The notes below the pieces were generated by a model, which made no database searches, was not told where the DNA came from, and saw nothing but the letters and a program-made list of their open reading frames with translations. Of a stretch of DNA of 64,000 nucleotides, positions 11,949 to 25,512 are shown piece by piece. Where the stretch lies: NCBI GenBank assembly GCA_951406725.2, contig OX597819.1, positions 36,890,001 through 36,954,000 on the forward strand, read 5' to 3'. This DNA comes from Octopus vulgaris. Lineage: Eukaryota. The first letter of the stretch is position 1. Every line of letters starts with the position of its first letter. The position numbers were made by a program, and so were the translations under genes.

Positions 11949-12278
11949 TCATTTATATGAGTGGAAAGTGTGTTTCTGCCAATGTTTACATTTGTACGAT
12001 TTTTCTATGAGTGTGTTTACTAGGGAAACCTTAGCGAAAAGAATATGGAAGAGCCCAGAGTTACAAATGTTACAAAATCTTCTGCCATTATCAAAAGGAA
12101 AGGATACAGACAATATGAACCAATCCAACTTGAAAGTTATATTGTTGTCTTTAAGACGCCAAACTAATTTACTTAGTCCTGTACTGTGCCGTTTTTTCCT
12201 ATCTCTGAATGTCGAATAGTGATTGGAAATTCTCTTGGATAACTGAGAAGTGGTCGCACCTATATAGAAGAAGACATC
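11949..12278 (-). pseudogene. PLE GIY-YIG endonuclease C-terminal fragment (element ~11285-12370)
   Basis: Manual translation FYIGATTSQLSKRISNHYSTF...STGLSKLVWRLKD...DWFIL...FCNICN...KCKH*, the typical PLE EN with CxxC and CxH. Confidence 0.8.
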
Positions 12279-12300
12279 GGACAGTTTTTGCTAGCAAAAA

Positions 12301-12338
12301 CTGTCCGATGAACGGCAACGGGAAACTCAGAGTAACAG
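12301..12338 (+). ncRNA. Hammerhead-like motif with CCGAUGA core
   Basis: CUGU-CCGAUGA-A-CG(GCAA)CG-G-GAAACU(CAG)AGUA-ACAG; stems I and III pair. Confidence 0.5.
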
Positions 12339-12419
12339 GTTTTGTTGAATTTTCTGCTGCTTTAAATAAAGTATATATATACATATATATATATATATAT
12401 TTACATACATACATATGTA

Positions 12420-12484
<65 letters not shown>

Positions 12485-12760
12485 CGACCGGTCTGCGTGT
12501 TGTGTTCTTGAGCAAGACACTTTATTTCACGTTGCTCCAGTTCACTCAGCTGTAGAAATGAGTTGCGACGTCACAGGTGCTAAGCTGTATCGGCCCTTGC
12601 CTTTCCCTTGGACAACATCGGTGACGTGGAGAGGGGAGGCCGGTATGCATGGGCGACTGCTGGTCTTCCATAAAAAAAAACAACCTTGCCCAGACTTGTG
12701 CCTCAGAGGGCAATTCTCTAGGTGCAAACCCATGGTCAGTGTCTGACCGAAGGGGGTCAC
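12485..12760 (+). mobile_element. SINE family C, 5'-truncated
   Basis: TTGTGTTCTTGAGCAAGACACTTTATTTCACGTTGCTCCAG core shared with 44929-45275, but with a different tail. Confidence 0.7.
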
Positions 12761-14496
12761 TAACTAACATATATATATATTTATACACAGAGACACACAC
12801 ACACGTGTTTATGTGCATACGTATGTATGTATGTATGTATTAGGTATGACGGCATTAGAATTCCATACAAATGAAACGCATAATACTTTGAAAGTGTTGG
12901 CGGTTCTGTCCAACGGCCGTGTAAGCGGTGACAAGTTGTAGAACGTAAACAGCATCCGTTCCCGTTTTAAACGTAAACATATTTCAAATCTTCAGTTCAC
13001 CTTACAAAATTTACTCACAATAACATACGAATGAAAACAGTTACATCCGCACCAAAACAAAACAAATAGACAAAGACATTTGTTTCATTTTGAAAGTGTT
13101 TTATTGAAGTCATTTAAATATATATACTGTGTGTGTTTTACTGATGACTCGAGAAAAGGAGAATACGTCACTTTTCAAGTCATGACCTCTATGATTTCAT
13201 CAAAGTAATATATTTATGTAAATAGGCAAATGCATACATACATATATATACAAACACAGATAACATTCACACATATATTATTGATATCCCGTTTTAAATG
13301 CGAGTGCAACGATTTTCAGCAGCAGTATTTTTATCGGGGGAAGTCATTTTAAGAGTTGAATTTTAAATAACACACTATATCTGAAAGTCAGGCGAAAAGA
13401 ATCTCCCCAGAGGTGAATAAGAATGGTGGATATCGATATTTTGCTGTTATTTCTGCTCATCAGCATTACATACTCGTTTCACCCTGAAATGAATTCAAAT
13501 CTCCCTGCTAATCTGCAACAACACTGCACAAATAAAACAAAATTAGATTATGAATTATTAGCAGCTAAAATAATGTAAACATCATTGATATCACATACTT
13601 AATCTATGATTAGTATTTAAACGGTTTTCGGCTGCTGTATTTCGTATCATGTTGCGACATGTGTAGAAAATATGCAATATATTAAACATGTATCACACTT
13701 TGTGAGATAATGCATACATCACCTGTCTAGCCACGTGTATAAAATGCATACGTGTGTAAACGAGATTGTAGAATTCATATACTATACAATATAAAACGTA
13801 ATTAGCCATGTTTGTCGGATGTATACACTACATTTACAAGCAAGAATATAAAACATATACAACTCGAATTTAGGTCAACATGTGAGAACCTCGGTGATTT
13901 TCAGAATCCGTGCTTTGAACAAATACTCGTTATATATTTGGCTCTCTCTTGGTTTCATTTTGGTTACGTCCATTGATGTCCTGCAATTTTGACTTCCATC
14001 TTCTTCCGACGTCTATGAAATGAGTTACCATACAGATTTACCGGAGGTCGATAGCTATCTAATAGATCTATTAAAAGCAATGCCCCAATATTGGCCACGA
14101 TCCAATGGTTGATACCAGTTAAACGAATAAAGAAGTACATTTAAAACAGAAAATAAAAACGGTGAAAACACAACGTAAGGAAGTTGAATTGACAGTCATG
14201 TTGTGTAGTTCTCGTTATCAGTCTGATTTTCACAAATTTACTCTTTCTTCTATAACTCTATACAATACAATACGTAATCAAAATTTATCACAGTGTAATG
14301 GAAGCAAAAGAAGATTGGCGTTTTATTGGTTTCTTAGAACATTAACGACTTTCTTTTGCATGGCGTCCATGGATGGGGTTCATTTTATTGGATAATTGGT
14401 GCATGAGTTTATTCCTGTGTGTTTTGCGTATAGCGTCGCATTGTAGGATTCATATATCGCTTCATTTTAATCAGTGACATCTGTCCATCGTTCTTT

Positions 14497-14497
<1 letters not shown>

Positions 14498-14528
<31 letters not shown>

Positions 14529-14786
14529 CATACATGCATATATACATACGCACATACATGCGTACATACATACATATATACATACATACATATATACATA
14601 CATACATATATACATACATACATACATACAAACGTACATACATACATACATACATACATACATACACATATACATATATACATGCATACATATATACATA
14701 CGTACATACATACATACATACATACATACATACATACATACATACATACATACATACATACATACATACATACATACATACATACA
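14498..14786. repeat. (TACA)n microsatellite
   Basis: Seen directly. Confidence 0.95.
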
Positions 14787-15169
14787 CTTGGTATTTTTAA
14801 GTAAATACCTTTTATTACTTCCTTGTTGTTGTCGTGGTCATCAGTTTTTCGTTCTGTTTTGGTTTTGTTATTCATTTATGCAGTGACATTAAGAGACGGT
14901 CCTCCTTTACAGCGTTAACTTTTTGAGAGACCACCGCCTCTGAGTGAGTTTATTCTTGTGTGTTTTAGGGTATAGCATTGCATTGTAGTATACGTACATC
15001 CTTTCAATATAATCGTCATTATCTCTTCAACGTTCTCTTTTAATACTGGTTTCTTTCTTCTTTATTCATTGCTTCCTACAACTCATTGCTGACCTGTGGG
15101 GTTATATCAAACAGCTGCTGTCACGTGTAGAACTATAAACAGTATTTTATAGAATTATATAAAAGAAAA

Positions 15170-15600
15170 ATTTGAAAGACCAAAATCACTCAAGAGAATT
15201 CTGACAGATTCGAAAATTACACCCAACAGCAATGGTACCAAGAGTTACAAAATGTGGGCGATCTAACTGTGGAAAGTTCGATATTCCATTTTAAACAAGG
15301 GTAAGGATTCAAAATTACGACCAAGTTTATCTATACATCCGAAAACTTAATCTACGTCATAAATTTTCGGGATGTCGACAGAACTATGTAGGGCCAACAA
15401 GAATGTCTATGAGACGGCGAACAAATTTGTTTCCCAAGATATAGGCAAATACCACTAAGTGAACACATTGAGAGATGTGCGCGGATTCTCCGACCAAGCT
15501 TTAAGATTTTCCCTATCTACCAATGCAATGGAGAAATGTCTGTTCAATGATGTTTAAATTAAGTAACTACATTTATGGAAAAATATCAACCGCGCCTTAA
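15170..15600 (+). pseudogene. Degenerate PLE linker + GIY-YIG remnant
   Basis: Broken translation PKSLKRILT...VTKCGRSNC...SENLIYVI...NYVGPT...PLSEHIERC...FKIFPIY. Confidence 0.65.
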
Positions 15601-15937
15601 TATCAAGATATAAACAATTTTGGATTAAGTCAATATTTTACTTCATAAATATATATATATATTTTAAATTTTACTTCGCAAACATGCGTATATTGAATAG
15701 ACGCTTGTGCACAAAATAAATGCATCCATTTTATTCTGAAATTTGTTTCATTAATATAGCGTTAAACTCTGTAACAGTATTACTTAAATGCAATAGTATT
15801 TCCAGGAACAATATGACAATAAAATTGGTCTAAAACGAATTTTCAGAAGAACATGTTATAAAGAATAGAAAACAAATGGTGTTATTTACACTTCAAAATA
15901 TCATACATGCACGCACACACGTACACACACACACACG

Positions 15938-16027
<90 letters not shown>

Positions 16028-16219
16028 CTAACTAAAATAAGTTTAAGGCCGTTGATGACAGTTCTATTTCTTCATTAATTTATTTTTAACAAACTGTTGA
16101 AAATTATTTTGCTTTTTACAATTTATGTAGAAATTGTTTTCTCTTTCGAATGATATAGGCGTTATATATCTTTCAACAATTTGAATAATTTTAATGCACA
16201 ATTAATTCAAATGATTAAA

Positions 16220-16900
16220 TATTGTTGGCAAAATAAGTTTAAGACAGTACCAACATTATTTTGTTTAAATTAAACGTTTATAGCACAAATGATAAACGTA
16301 CAAAAATTTATCATTAGTATCTCGTTCCATAGCCATTATTTTCAATTACGGCCTTACAACGGCGGGACATGGAGTTCGATAACTGAGCACAAAACTCAAT
16401 TGGAATGTTCTGATTCCATAAATCTTCTATCGGATTCAAATCTGGGCTCTGCGGAAGCCACTCAATAACCACTATATTTTGAGCACAATAATATGGTAGT
16501 TATGAACGAAGCAATTATGAACGAGCCTTATGAACGGGGCAATTGTCCAGCCGTAAAATATATCCCGGTAGCATCTGATTGTTTAAATATAGCTGCACAC
16601 TTTCATTTACTAATTGCAGATATCCTACATTGTTCAGTCTGCCATCAACCTTAAAAATTGGACCAACGGCTAAGCTACTGGACGCGACCCACACCATTAC
16701 CCCTCGACTTTCCACTTGCGCTGTTTTCTTGACACACTTAGGATGAAATTCTTCAGTTGGATGGCGTCTAACATAAGTCTTTCCGTCTGATGCAGAAGCG
16801 GGATTCGTCGCTCCTTTTGACAAGTTTTCGGCCGTCCATTCAATATGGTTTTTAGCAAACTTGATCCGCTTCAACCGGTTCATTTCAGAAATTATCGGCT
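16220..16900 (-). mobile_element. Tc1-family transposase pseudogene
   Basis: RIKFAKNHIEWT, GVMVW, DNCPVHKAR, then EWLPQSPDLNPIEDLWN and SMSRRCKAVIENNGYGTRY* in shifted frames. Confidence 0.85.
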
Positions 16901-17123
16901 TACAGTTATCTCTCCTGAGAATGACTTTATTTACTTACCGCAGGATAGAATGCCATGGATTATAACACCTTAAAATAAAGTTCGTACCTTTCATTACCAT
17001 GCCTATTACATTATAATACATTATTTTAAAAAAATTTTACCTAATTTATTCTATCTTATCTTATTTTACCCTACTCTATTATTCTAACTGAATTTCCCAC
17101 ATGTTAGTTTCCTAACATTTGTA

Positions 17124-17254
17124 CTTTCTGAGGAAGCCTTCAGGCTCGACGTTATCCAACATCTGCCCAATGTTTGTTCATCCCTGTATATCGCTAACGT
17201 TATGAGGATGACTTGGAAGATTTTGAGGCCTCATGGTAGAAACGGCCGTAAGGG
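17124..17254 (+). ncRNA. Hammerhead-like motif with ~100 nt stem II region
   Basis: CUUU-CUGAGGA-AGCC...GGUA-GAAAC-GGCC-GUA-AGGG. Confidence 0.55.
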
Positions 17255-17296
17255 ATTTGTATCAGTACACTCAACTATTATTATTCATTCCTCCCC

Positions 17297-17334
<38 letters not shown>

Positions 17335-17359
17335 ATATATATAGATAGATAGATAGATA

Positions 17360-17432
<73 letters not shown>

Positions 17433-17464
17433 ATACATATATACATATACATATATATATATAT

Positions 17465-17509
<45 letters not shown>

Positions 17510-17655
17510 CAATCGTTTACTTGTACTACTTGAACACATGTTTGTTATCATTTAATAAATAGATATAATGGAATGTTTACTGGCTAATGTTTGTCGATTT
17601 TATATCCTCTCCATTGTTCTTATTTACCCTATATATGTATATATAATGTACATAT

Positions 17656-17688
<33 letters not shown>

Positions 17689-17695
17689 TACATAT

Positions 17696-17732
<37 letters not shown>

Positions 17733-17739
<7 letters not shown>

Positions 17740-17851
17740 ATCACGTAACCGACCAGACCATCAGATGTTGCTACACATCGCTGGTCACAATGCGTTTGCA
17801 TTGTTTTTTAGCCCTCGAACGACGCCACCCCGCTGGCTAAGCGAGCAGGCC
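17733..17851 (-). mobile_element. SINE family D 3' fragment
   Basis: Reverse complement of the tail of 33734-34043. Confidence 0.75.
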
Positions 17852-17882
17852 ATACACATATATATATATGTGTGTATATATG

Positions 17883-17937
<55 letters not shown>

Positions 17938-17994
17938 CTATGTATGCATACTTCTACATAACAGAACGTATATTTCCTATTTAGTACTGGGGAT

Positions 17995-18150
17995 ATTTGA
18001 TTTATGAGGAGGTACTCCCGTATTTCTCTGAGTATTCGGTCCTTCGGGTGCTTAGATAAAATGCGGATGTCAAGTTGACCAATTGTGACTCCATGTTGGT
18101 CTTTGGGATACTGGTAGAGTATGGAGGACTGTTGTCGTCATATTGTCTCA
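17995..18150 (-). pseudogene. Possible PLE GIY-YIG C-terminal remnant
   Basis: SILYQYPKDQHG...IRILSKHPKDRILREIREYLLIN resembles the GIY-YIG helix containing the conserved R..I.E motif. Confidence 0.35.
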
Positions 18151-18300
18151 AATGTTAATTTAGTCTCTCTACAATACTTCTACATGAATTCAACACACAA
18201 ATTCGCACAAAAAAACTTGCAAACCAAATAAAAAAGGAAAGTATTAATCGTCACTAAATGTGACTAGGGTATTATAGAGCTAAAATGCTCTAATGCTGCA

Positions 18301-18535
<235 letters not shown>

Positions 18536-18589
18536 TGTATGTATTCAAATATAATTGCATGCATATAAGGGCATACAGGCAGACACCCC

Positions 18590-19207
<618 letters not shown>

Positions 19208-19288
19208 AATATAATATATTTATACTATAAAATTGGATTTAATCCTAAATCTAATTTTTCCCTGTAAGTTTGGATTTATTCCCTATAT

Positions 19289-19355
<67 letters not shown>

Positions 19356-19797
19356 TAGCATAAATGCATTATGCACATATACAAATGAGCCTGCTTTCAC
19401 ACATACATATATACATAGGTGTGTGCATACACACCTATAATCATGATTGCATATGTAATGAGATACTGAGAATCTATTGATTGATATTTGCAGATTAGAG
19501 ATTTCCATCAACAAAGAATTACATCTTAAAACTGTTCCAAAACTGTAATGAATTTCTTGACAAGTAAATTGCATGTTAAATCATCGATGCATTCTTCATT
19601 TGACGAGAGTAATTATATTATAAAATAATACTTTGGTATAAATTATTTTGTGAAACATTTTGATAAAGAGCAAGTCAGATGACGTATGATAGCGTTTAGT
19701 ATCTCTATGAAAACACGCGTGCCACTTACTTTCTATTCTCCAAGTGTAGCTGCTTCACTTTGCTTATGTTTTTAATGTTCTTAAGAAAGGTGCTTGC

Positions 19798-19831
<34 letters not shown>

Positions 19832-19855
19832 CCGTGCGAGTTTGTGTGTGTGTGT

Positions 19856-19898
<43 letters not shown>

Positions 19899-20264
19899 CT
19901 TAAACTTGTTTCAGTCATTAGACACCGGGCATGCTGGAGCACCACCTCAAAGTGAATTGAATTGAAACCAGTATTTGTATTTTTTAAGCCTGGAACTTAT
20001 TCCTTCTGTGTTTTGCCAAAACGTTAGGTTACAGGGACGTAAGCAGACCAACACCGTTGTCAAGGAATGGTGGTGAACAAAGACAGACAGACTTTTACAT
20101 GCTTCCCGAGCGTCAAATTAATACACCTGCTTGTTGTTCCTTTACCTGTCTTTGTCTTTCGTTTTCTTTAAATTTCTGTAAATATATATATATTTACGGA
20201 GATGTACTTGCATGGCAAGTGACTTGATATGAGATCGTGTGCTGGAACGAAAACAATTGCAGCG

Positions 20265-20428
20265 TGGAAGGTGTTTATAAGTCATTTAAGAAACACACAA
20301 AAACAATTTGCCAAAATATTTTCGTCGCTTTGAGACCGCGACGAAAATATTTTGACAAATTAAATTTAAATGTTGAAGTGAATCTAACGGTTTTTTGTGT
20401 TTCTTAAATGACTTATAAACACCTTCCA
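20265..20428. repeat. Fold-back of a PLE-like tail centred on a hammerhead-like stem II
   Basis: TGGAAGGTGTTTATAAGTCATTTAAGAAACAC and its reverse complement; inner AAAATATTTTCGTCGC-TTTGAGACC-GCGACGAAAATATTTT. Same family as 30941-31025. Confidence 0.8.
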
Positions 20429-20449
20429 TATTTAATAAAAAATATATAT

Positions 20450-21793
20450 CATTTACCAAAGTTTTAACATCATCTCCTTCGAAATAATCACTTGCGAAGA
20501 TTTACACTAGTCCCAGCGTTCCTGCCGTTCTTGGAAATCAGTCTGGAAGTCGTTTTCCGTAAGCGAGTCGGGGATCTTCTGCAACTCGCTCTTGATCTCG
20601 ACAACATTGTTAAAACGGCAACCTTTGAGCTGCATTTTCATCTTAGGGAAGAGATGGAAATCCGTAGGTGCTAAATCTGGTGAATATGGCTGGTGCGGAA
20701 GCGACAACATGTCTTTAGCGACAAATTCACAAGTGAAGAGAGCTTGGTGACAGGGTGCTTTGTCGTCGAAAAAAATCCAATTCTTAGTGCGCCAGAGATC
20801 CGGACGCTATCGCCGAATGTTCTTCAAACGCTTCAAAACTTCGCAGTGGGACTCTCGATTGGCAGTCTGGCCCTGGTAGACGAATTCTCGATGCACAATA
20901 CCACATTTTCCGGGTAACACACGTGTCCAGTCTTCCAGATCGCTCATCCTCTTCCAGGGACCTTCTTTCGTTTTTGAAGCACCCTTGCCATTCAAAACAT
21001 TGTATACGACCTATTGCCTCGTCGCCGCAAGTTTGCCAAAGCATGTTCGACGTCTTTGTAGCAGACTTCAAATCTTTAACACAAAAGGATCTTTTCGATT
21101 TGAACGGCAGTTTTTAACATAATTTCTAGGTAACTAAACACTTTTAAACTTCGTATACTGGTAGAATGTGTTTATAAAACATCTTTTTCTCTTGGCTTTA
21201 TTGAGAAAATTCTATAGTTTGTAAGATATTTGTTGTTTTTTTCTTCAATTTCTGCAATTTCAACCAATCACTGACGTCCATTGAGGTAAACAACATTCTG
21301 TGCCGTATGAATATGTCCCTCGTTTAAGAAACAGATTATGTTTATATACATTTGTGAAGAAAAAGATACCCTTCCCCCACCCCTAACGCTAACCCTAACC
21401 CTAACCCTAACTAACTCTAACTAACCCTAACTAACCCTAACCCTAAAACAGATTGAAATGCAATAGATCGATACTAGGGTCATAATTATGGGTGACAATT
21501 TCATATGACACCGCTAGAAAAAACTGCCGTTCAAACCGAAAAGATCGAAACAAAATTACGCGGGGGGACTTTGTTCCAACTTCCTGTCCATGACAAAAAT
21601 CACAGACTACAGTATATGCATGATAAAAAAAAAATAGAAATTTTACAACTGGCGAAGTAAACACAACAATATCACTCGGCTCACTGCGTCATGAAGATCA
21701 CTGCTATGTCTCACTACACATGCAGCCATATGCTGTCATCTGTTTTCGCGCTACAGAACTAGTTCGGGAACTTTTAGATACCACCTCGTATAT
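20450..21793 (-). mobile_element. mariner-family element, decayed, interrupted by a MITE
   Basis: PHQPYSPDLAPTDFHLFPKMKMQLKG mariner motif; GIVHREF and LEEDERSGR motifs; terminal TA-CGAGGTGGTATCTAAAAGTTCCCG at ~21765-21793. Confidence 0.85.
21087..21547. mobile_element. MITE with ~28 bp TIRs and internal (CCCTAA)n
   Basis: GGATCTTTTCGATTTGAACGGCAGTTTTT ... AAAAACTGCCGTTCAAACCGAAAAGATC; imperfect 8-9 bp TSD (ACACAAAA/AAACAAAA). Second copy at 48767. Confidence 0.9.
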
Positions 21794-23265
21794 AAATGTT
21801 TGTTTTGTTTTGTTTGTTGTAGTTGTGTATGCTTTTTTAAAACCTGCAAAAACAAGCTACAAATTAAAAACACAAATGAGAATTTCAAAGTGAAACACAA
21901 TGAAAAGTGTTTAAAGAATGCTCTTCAATAATTAACATCAAATGAAAATCAACACGAAAATTTTGGGGAAAAAAATTATATTTATAAATAGATAAGAAAT
22001 TTACTTTGCATATATATTTTTCGGAACTAACGTAAATTTTACACACTCAATGAGCACTCAGTGAATTCTTTAACCAAAACACAAAATGCATAAATACAAA
22101 AGACTACTGTTGTAAAGAAAATGGAACAAAGGACTTACAGTCATATAGTTGAAATTTCAAACAAAAGCAATTGGTCATATTCTTTTAAAATATTGTTGGA
22201 AACAAATAGAAAAACAAATATATACCAGTCACAATCTATCATTTATTCAACTTGACGTACCTAAATGTCGATTTACATTCTCTGTAAACAAACGAATGCA
22301 ATTTTTTTTCTCCATCTATTGCGTGGAGTGTGTTTAGGTAAATTGGTGAATTTATATAGTGAAAGTGCGTGGTCAAATGGCTAGAATGATTGGTTTATGA
22401 TCATAATGTAGAGGAATCAGTTTTTGGATCGAGCTGCATGTTCTGTCTTTGAGCAAGGCACTTCATTTTGGGTTGCTGCAATCTGCTCAGTTGTAACGAG
22501 ATTCAGCTGGATTATGACAAGACCGACTCTGTCTCAAATATTCCACTGAATCAAAGCTGAAGTTGAAGGAACCGACGTTGGATTTATATTTGCTCACGAC
22601 TACACAGGCATCTAAAACAAATTAGCGAAAGTACGAGGTATATTACAAAGTCATACACGCCACAGATTGATGGCTGCTTGTACTGTACCGTACATTCATT
22701 TACGATTTTATGTATTTATACTTGACTTGCCGAGTTCTTCCGATGGTTTAGTTAATATAAAGTCGGAATTTCATCGAGGTGATCTATTGTTCCTACACTT
22801 CATTTCATCGACAAATCGTTCTATGCGATCGTGACGAGCAAGTATCACGGGATAAAAATTTAGGTTTCGATCATTTATAGGCAGTTCTGTAAGTAGTTGA
22901 GTTCTACCAATATTGATGAATCATGGAACAACCGTTTAGGTAACGATCATGTAGTGTAGGGTAAGGTAGACGTATCTTCATCAACGATAAATAGTATGTG
23001 ATTTTAAAGGGCGTTACATAGTTAGGGAATGCCGCCTGTCAAGTGCAGGTCTTCAAGGTTTAAGGACTATTTATGCATAGTCACTCAAATACCCAAATAC
23101 ACAAACAAACACACACACCACACACACACACATGCACACACACACACACATATACACACATTCACACACAAGTACACACATACACACGCATGTATATATG
23201 TCTATATCTACATCAATATATCAATATATGTACGTATAACAGAGATAAACTGATAGACAAACAGT

Positions 23266-23348
<83 letters not shown>

Positions 23349-23375
23349 TTTCAAGCAGACAGATTTATTAGCCAC

Positions 23376-23414
<39 letters not shown>

Positions 23415-23415
<1 letters not shown>

Positions 23416-24508
23416 GTTTCTTTATTAGCACACAGACTGGACAGATTACAAAGTAGAGCTTTTCTTTTGGGAGAAGGGGAAAAAAATTAAAAGGTGGGGT
23501 AGGCTTCGATCAAAAGGATCGTAAAAGGGAAAGAAGAAAGAAAAAAAGAAAAGAAACAAAAGAAGAAAAAAACGATCAATAGGGATCGTGTATCACAGTG
23601 TCATGATGTAGGGTGTAAAGGGGAAAGCGGATAATGTTTATCCGTGGGAAGAAAAGCCTACGGAAAAGACCACGGTAACCTCGGTCAATATTGTTACATG
23701 TTACCACATTTGTTTGTAAGTAAGTAACCCTCTGTTTTAAATTTCCGGGTTCATAGGATTATGCTCAAGGTGGCTTCGTCATTCATACGTGCCATCCTTG
23801 CTACATTCACCCATCTTTTTTTAAAACATTCGCTAGACAAAACTTGCCTCTCTACTCTCACTTTCCTTTTCAAGTGATACTTGAAGAAGTTGATGAGAGA
23901 TTGACCAGAGAGGAAAGTGTTTGTCTCCAATCCTTTCAGACGCGTCCACCAGATACATTCTTTCGCCATAGCCACAAGGATGATGAAAGTAGCTCTTCCT
24001 TCCCGTTTGAAGGAAGGAAGCGTGACAATATTGACGATAGACTCGGCTGATAAACCGACTCGTCCCACACGTGACAGCAGTTGTTCGACATAAGCGCACA
24101 GGTCGGAAATTGTTGGACACTGCACGAGTGCGTGCAGAACGGTTTCGTCGCTCTGACCGCATCTCGGGCAGGTCGGTCCCGTGTTTCTCGAGCCGTGTCT
24201 GTACAGCTTATCCCGAACGGGTAGCGCTTCTCGGTAGCACTGCCAGGCCAGGGATCTCTGGAAGTTGTCCATGGGCCCTGGCTCGAAAGTCGTTCTGAAC
24301 AGGCGGGTCAGTTATTCCTCGTCGACGTCCAGGTTCGCCCCGAGCTCGTCGTCGTACCTCCCCTCCACTAATACCCTACAGAATGTTTGGGTTGTGTTGA
24401 AGTCACTCAAGGTCGACTCGGTACGGCATAGTTGCCTGAGAGCAACGCGACACTCGCGGTGTCATTCGCCCTTTTTCAGCCTCTTTTTGATCCACGACTG
24501 CAGTTCGA
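23415..24508 (-). mobile_element. L1/Tx1-like LINE 3' end (ORF2 C-terminal CCHC zinc knuckle + 3' UTR)
   Basis: ORF 23751-24272 has LAWQCYREALPVRDKL...CPRCGQSDETVLHALVQC; AATAAA near the 3' end; abuts (GATA)n. Confidence 0.8.
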
Positions 24509-24514
24509 TAGATA

Positions 24515-24742
24515 GGCGAGCGAGCTGCCAGAAACGTTAGCACGCTGGGCGAAATGCTCAGCAGTATTTCGTCTGTAGCTACGTTCTAAGTTCAAATTCC
24601 GCCGAGGTCGACTTTGCCTGTCATCCTTTCGGGGTCGATTAAATAAGTACCAGTTACGCACTGGGATCGATATAATCGACTTAATCCGGTTGTCTGCCCT
24701 TGTTTGCCCTCTCTGTGTTTAGCCCCTTGTGGTAGTAAAGAA

Positions 24743-24745
<3 letters not shown>
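24515..24745 (+). mobile_element. SINE family A
   Basis: Same A/B boxes and body as 8770-8997. Confidence 0.85.
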
Positions 24746-24827
<82 letters not shown>

Positions 24828-25213
24828 CAAACAGACAGGTAGATAGATAACTATACTTGACGTATTGAATTGTTTTTGCTCGTACATGTAAATGCAGACG
24901 TACTTCTATCTCTCTCATCTCTCAGAATATGTGTGTGTGTGTGTGTGTGTGTGTATGTTTGTGAGTGTACTTATACATAGTTCAAGGATATCTTTATAAA
25001 TATAAAAACAGTGAATATTAACAATAAATTTGATGTACTATTAGTGTAGAGTAAGATGTATTTGATAATAAGTCGAGCTTCTAAGCCTCTCCAGCAGCTG
25101 GTCTCTGACGAGAGTAACGTACGTCACTTTCACAATGACGGTGGAATAATCAACACTTGGACTTTTAAATCTCTCTCGTATCTTATCCTTTCCTTTTCAT
25201 TTCCTGTTCTGTT

Positions 25214-25258
<45 letters not shown>

Positions 25259-25452
25259 TTCTTTCTCTCTCTTTGTCTCCTCCCCCCTTTCTCTCTCTCA
25301 TACATTCTCTCTTTCCGCTACAAGAATTTAATCCGAAGCGTTAAAACTTTTCTATTACTCTGAGTGCTAAACAAATAAAACCAACAACGACGATGACGTC
25401 GACAACAAGAACAACAACAAAAACAACAAAAACAACAACAACAATAATAATA

Positions 25453-25511
<59 letters not shown>

Positions 25512-25512
25512 T

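Noticed and set aside
13141-13170. CTGATGA-CTC...GAG hammerhead candidate
   Set aside because: No intact GAAA box or stem I, and no PLE context.
21380-21446. Telomere or chromosome-fusion relic
   Set aside because: The short CCCTAA array is internal to a TIR/TSD-bounded MITE present twice in the window.
25104-25128. CTGACGA...GTC hammerhead candidate
   Set aside because: No stem II and no GAAA.
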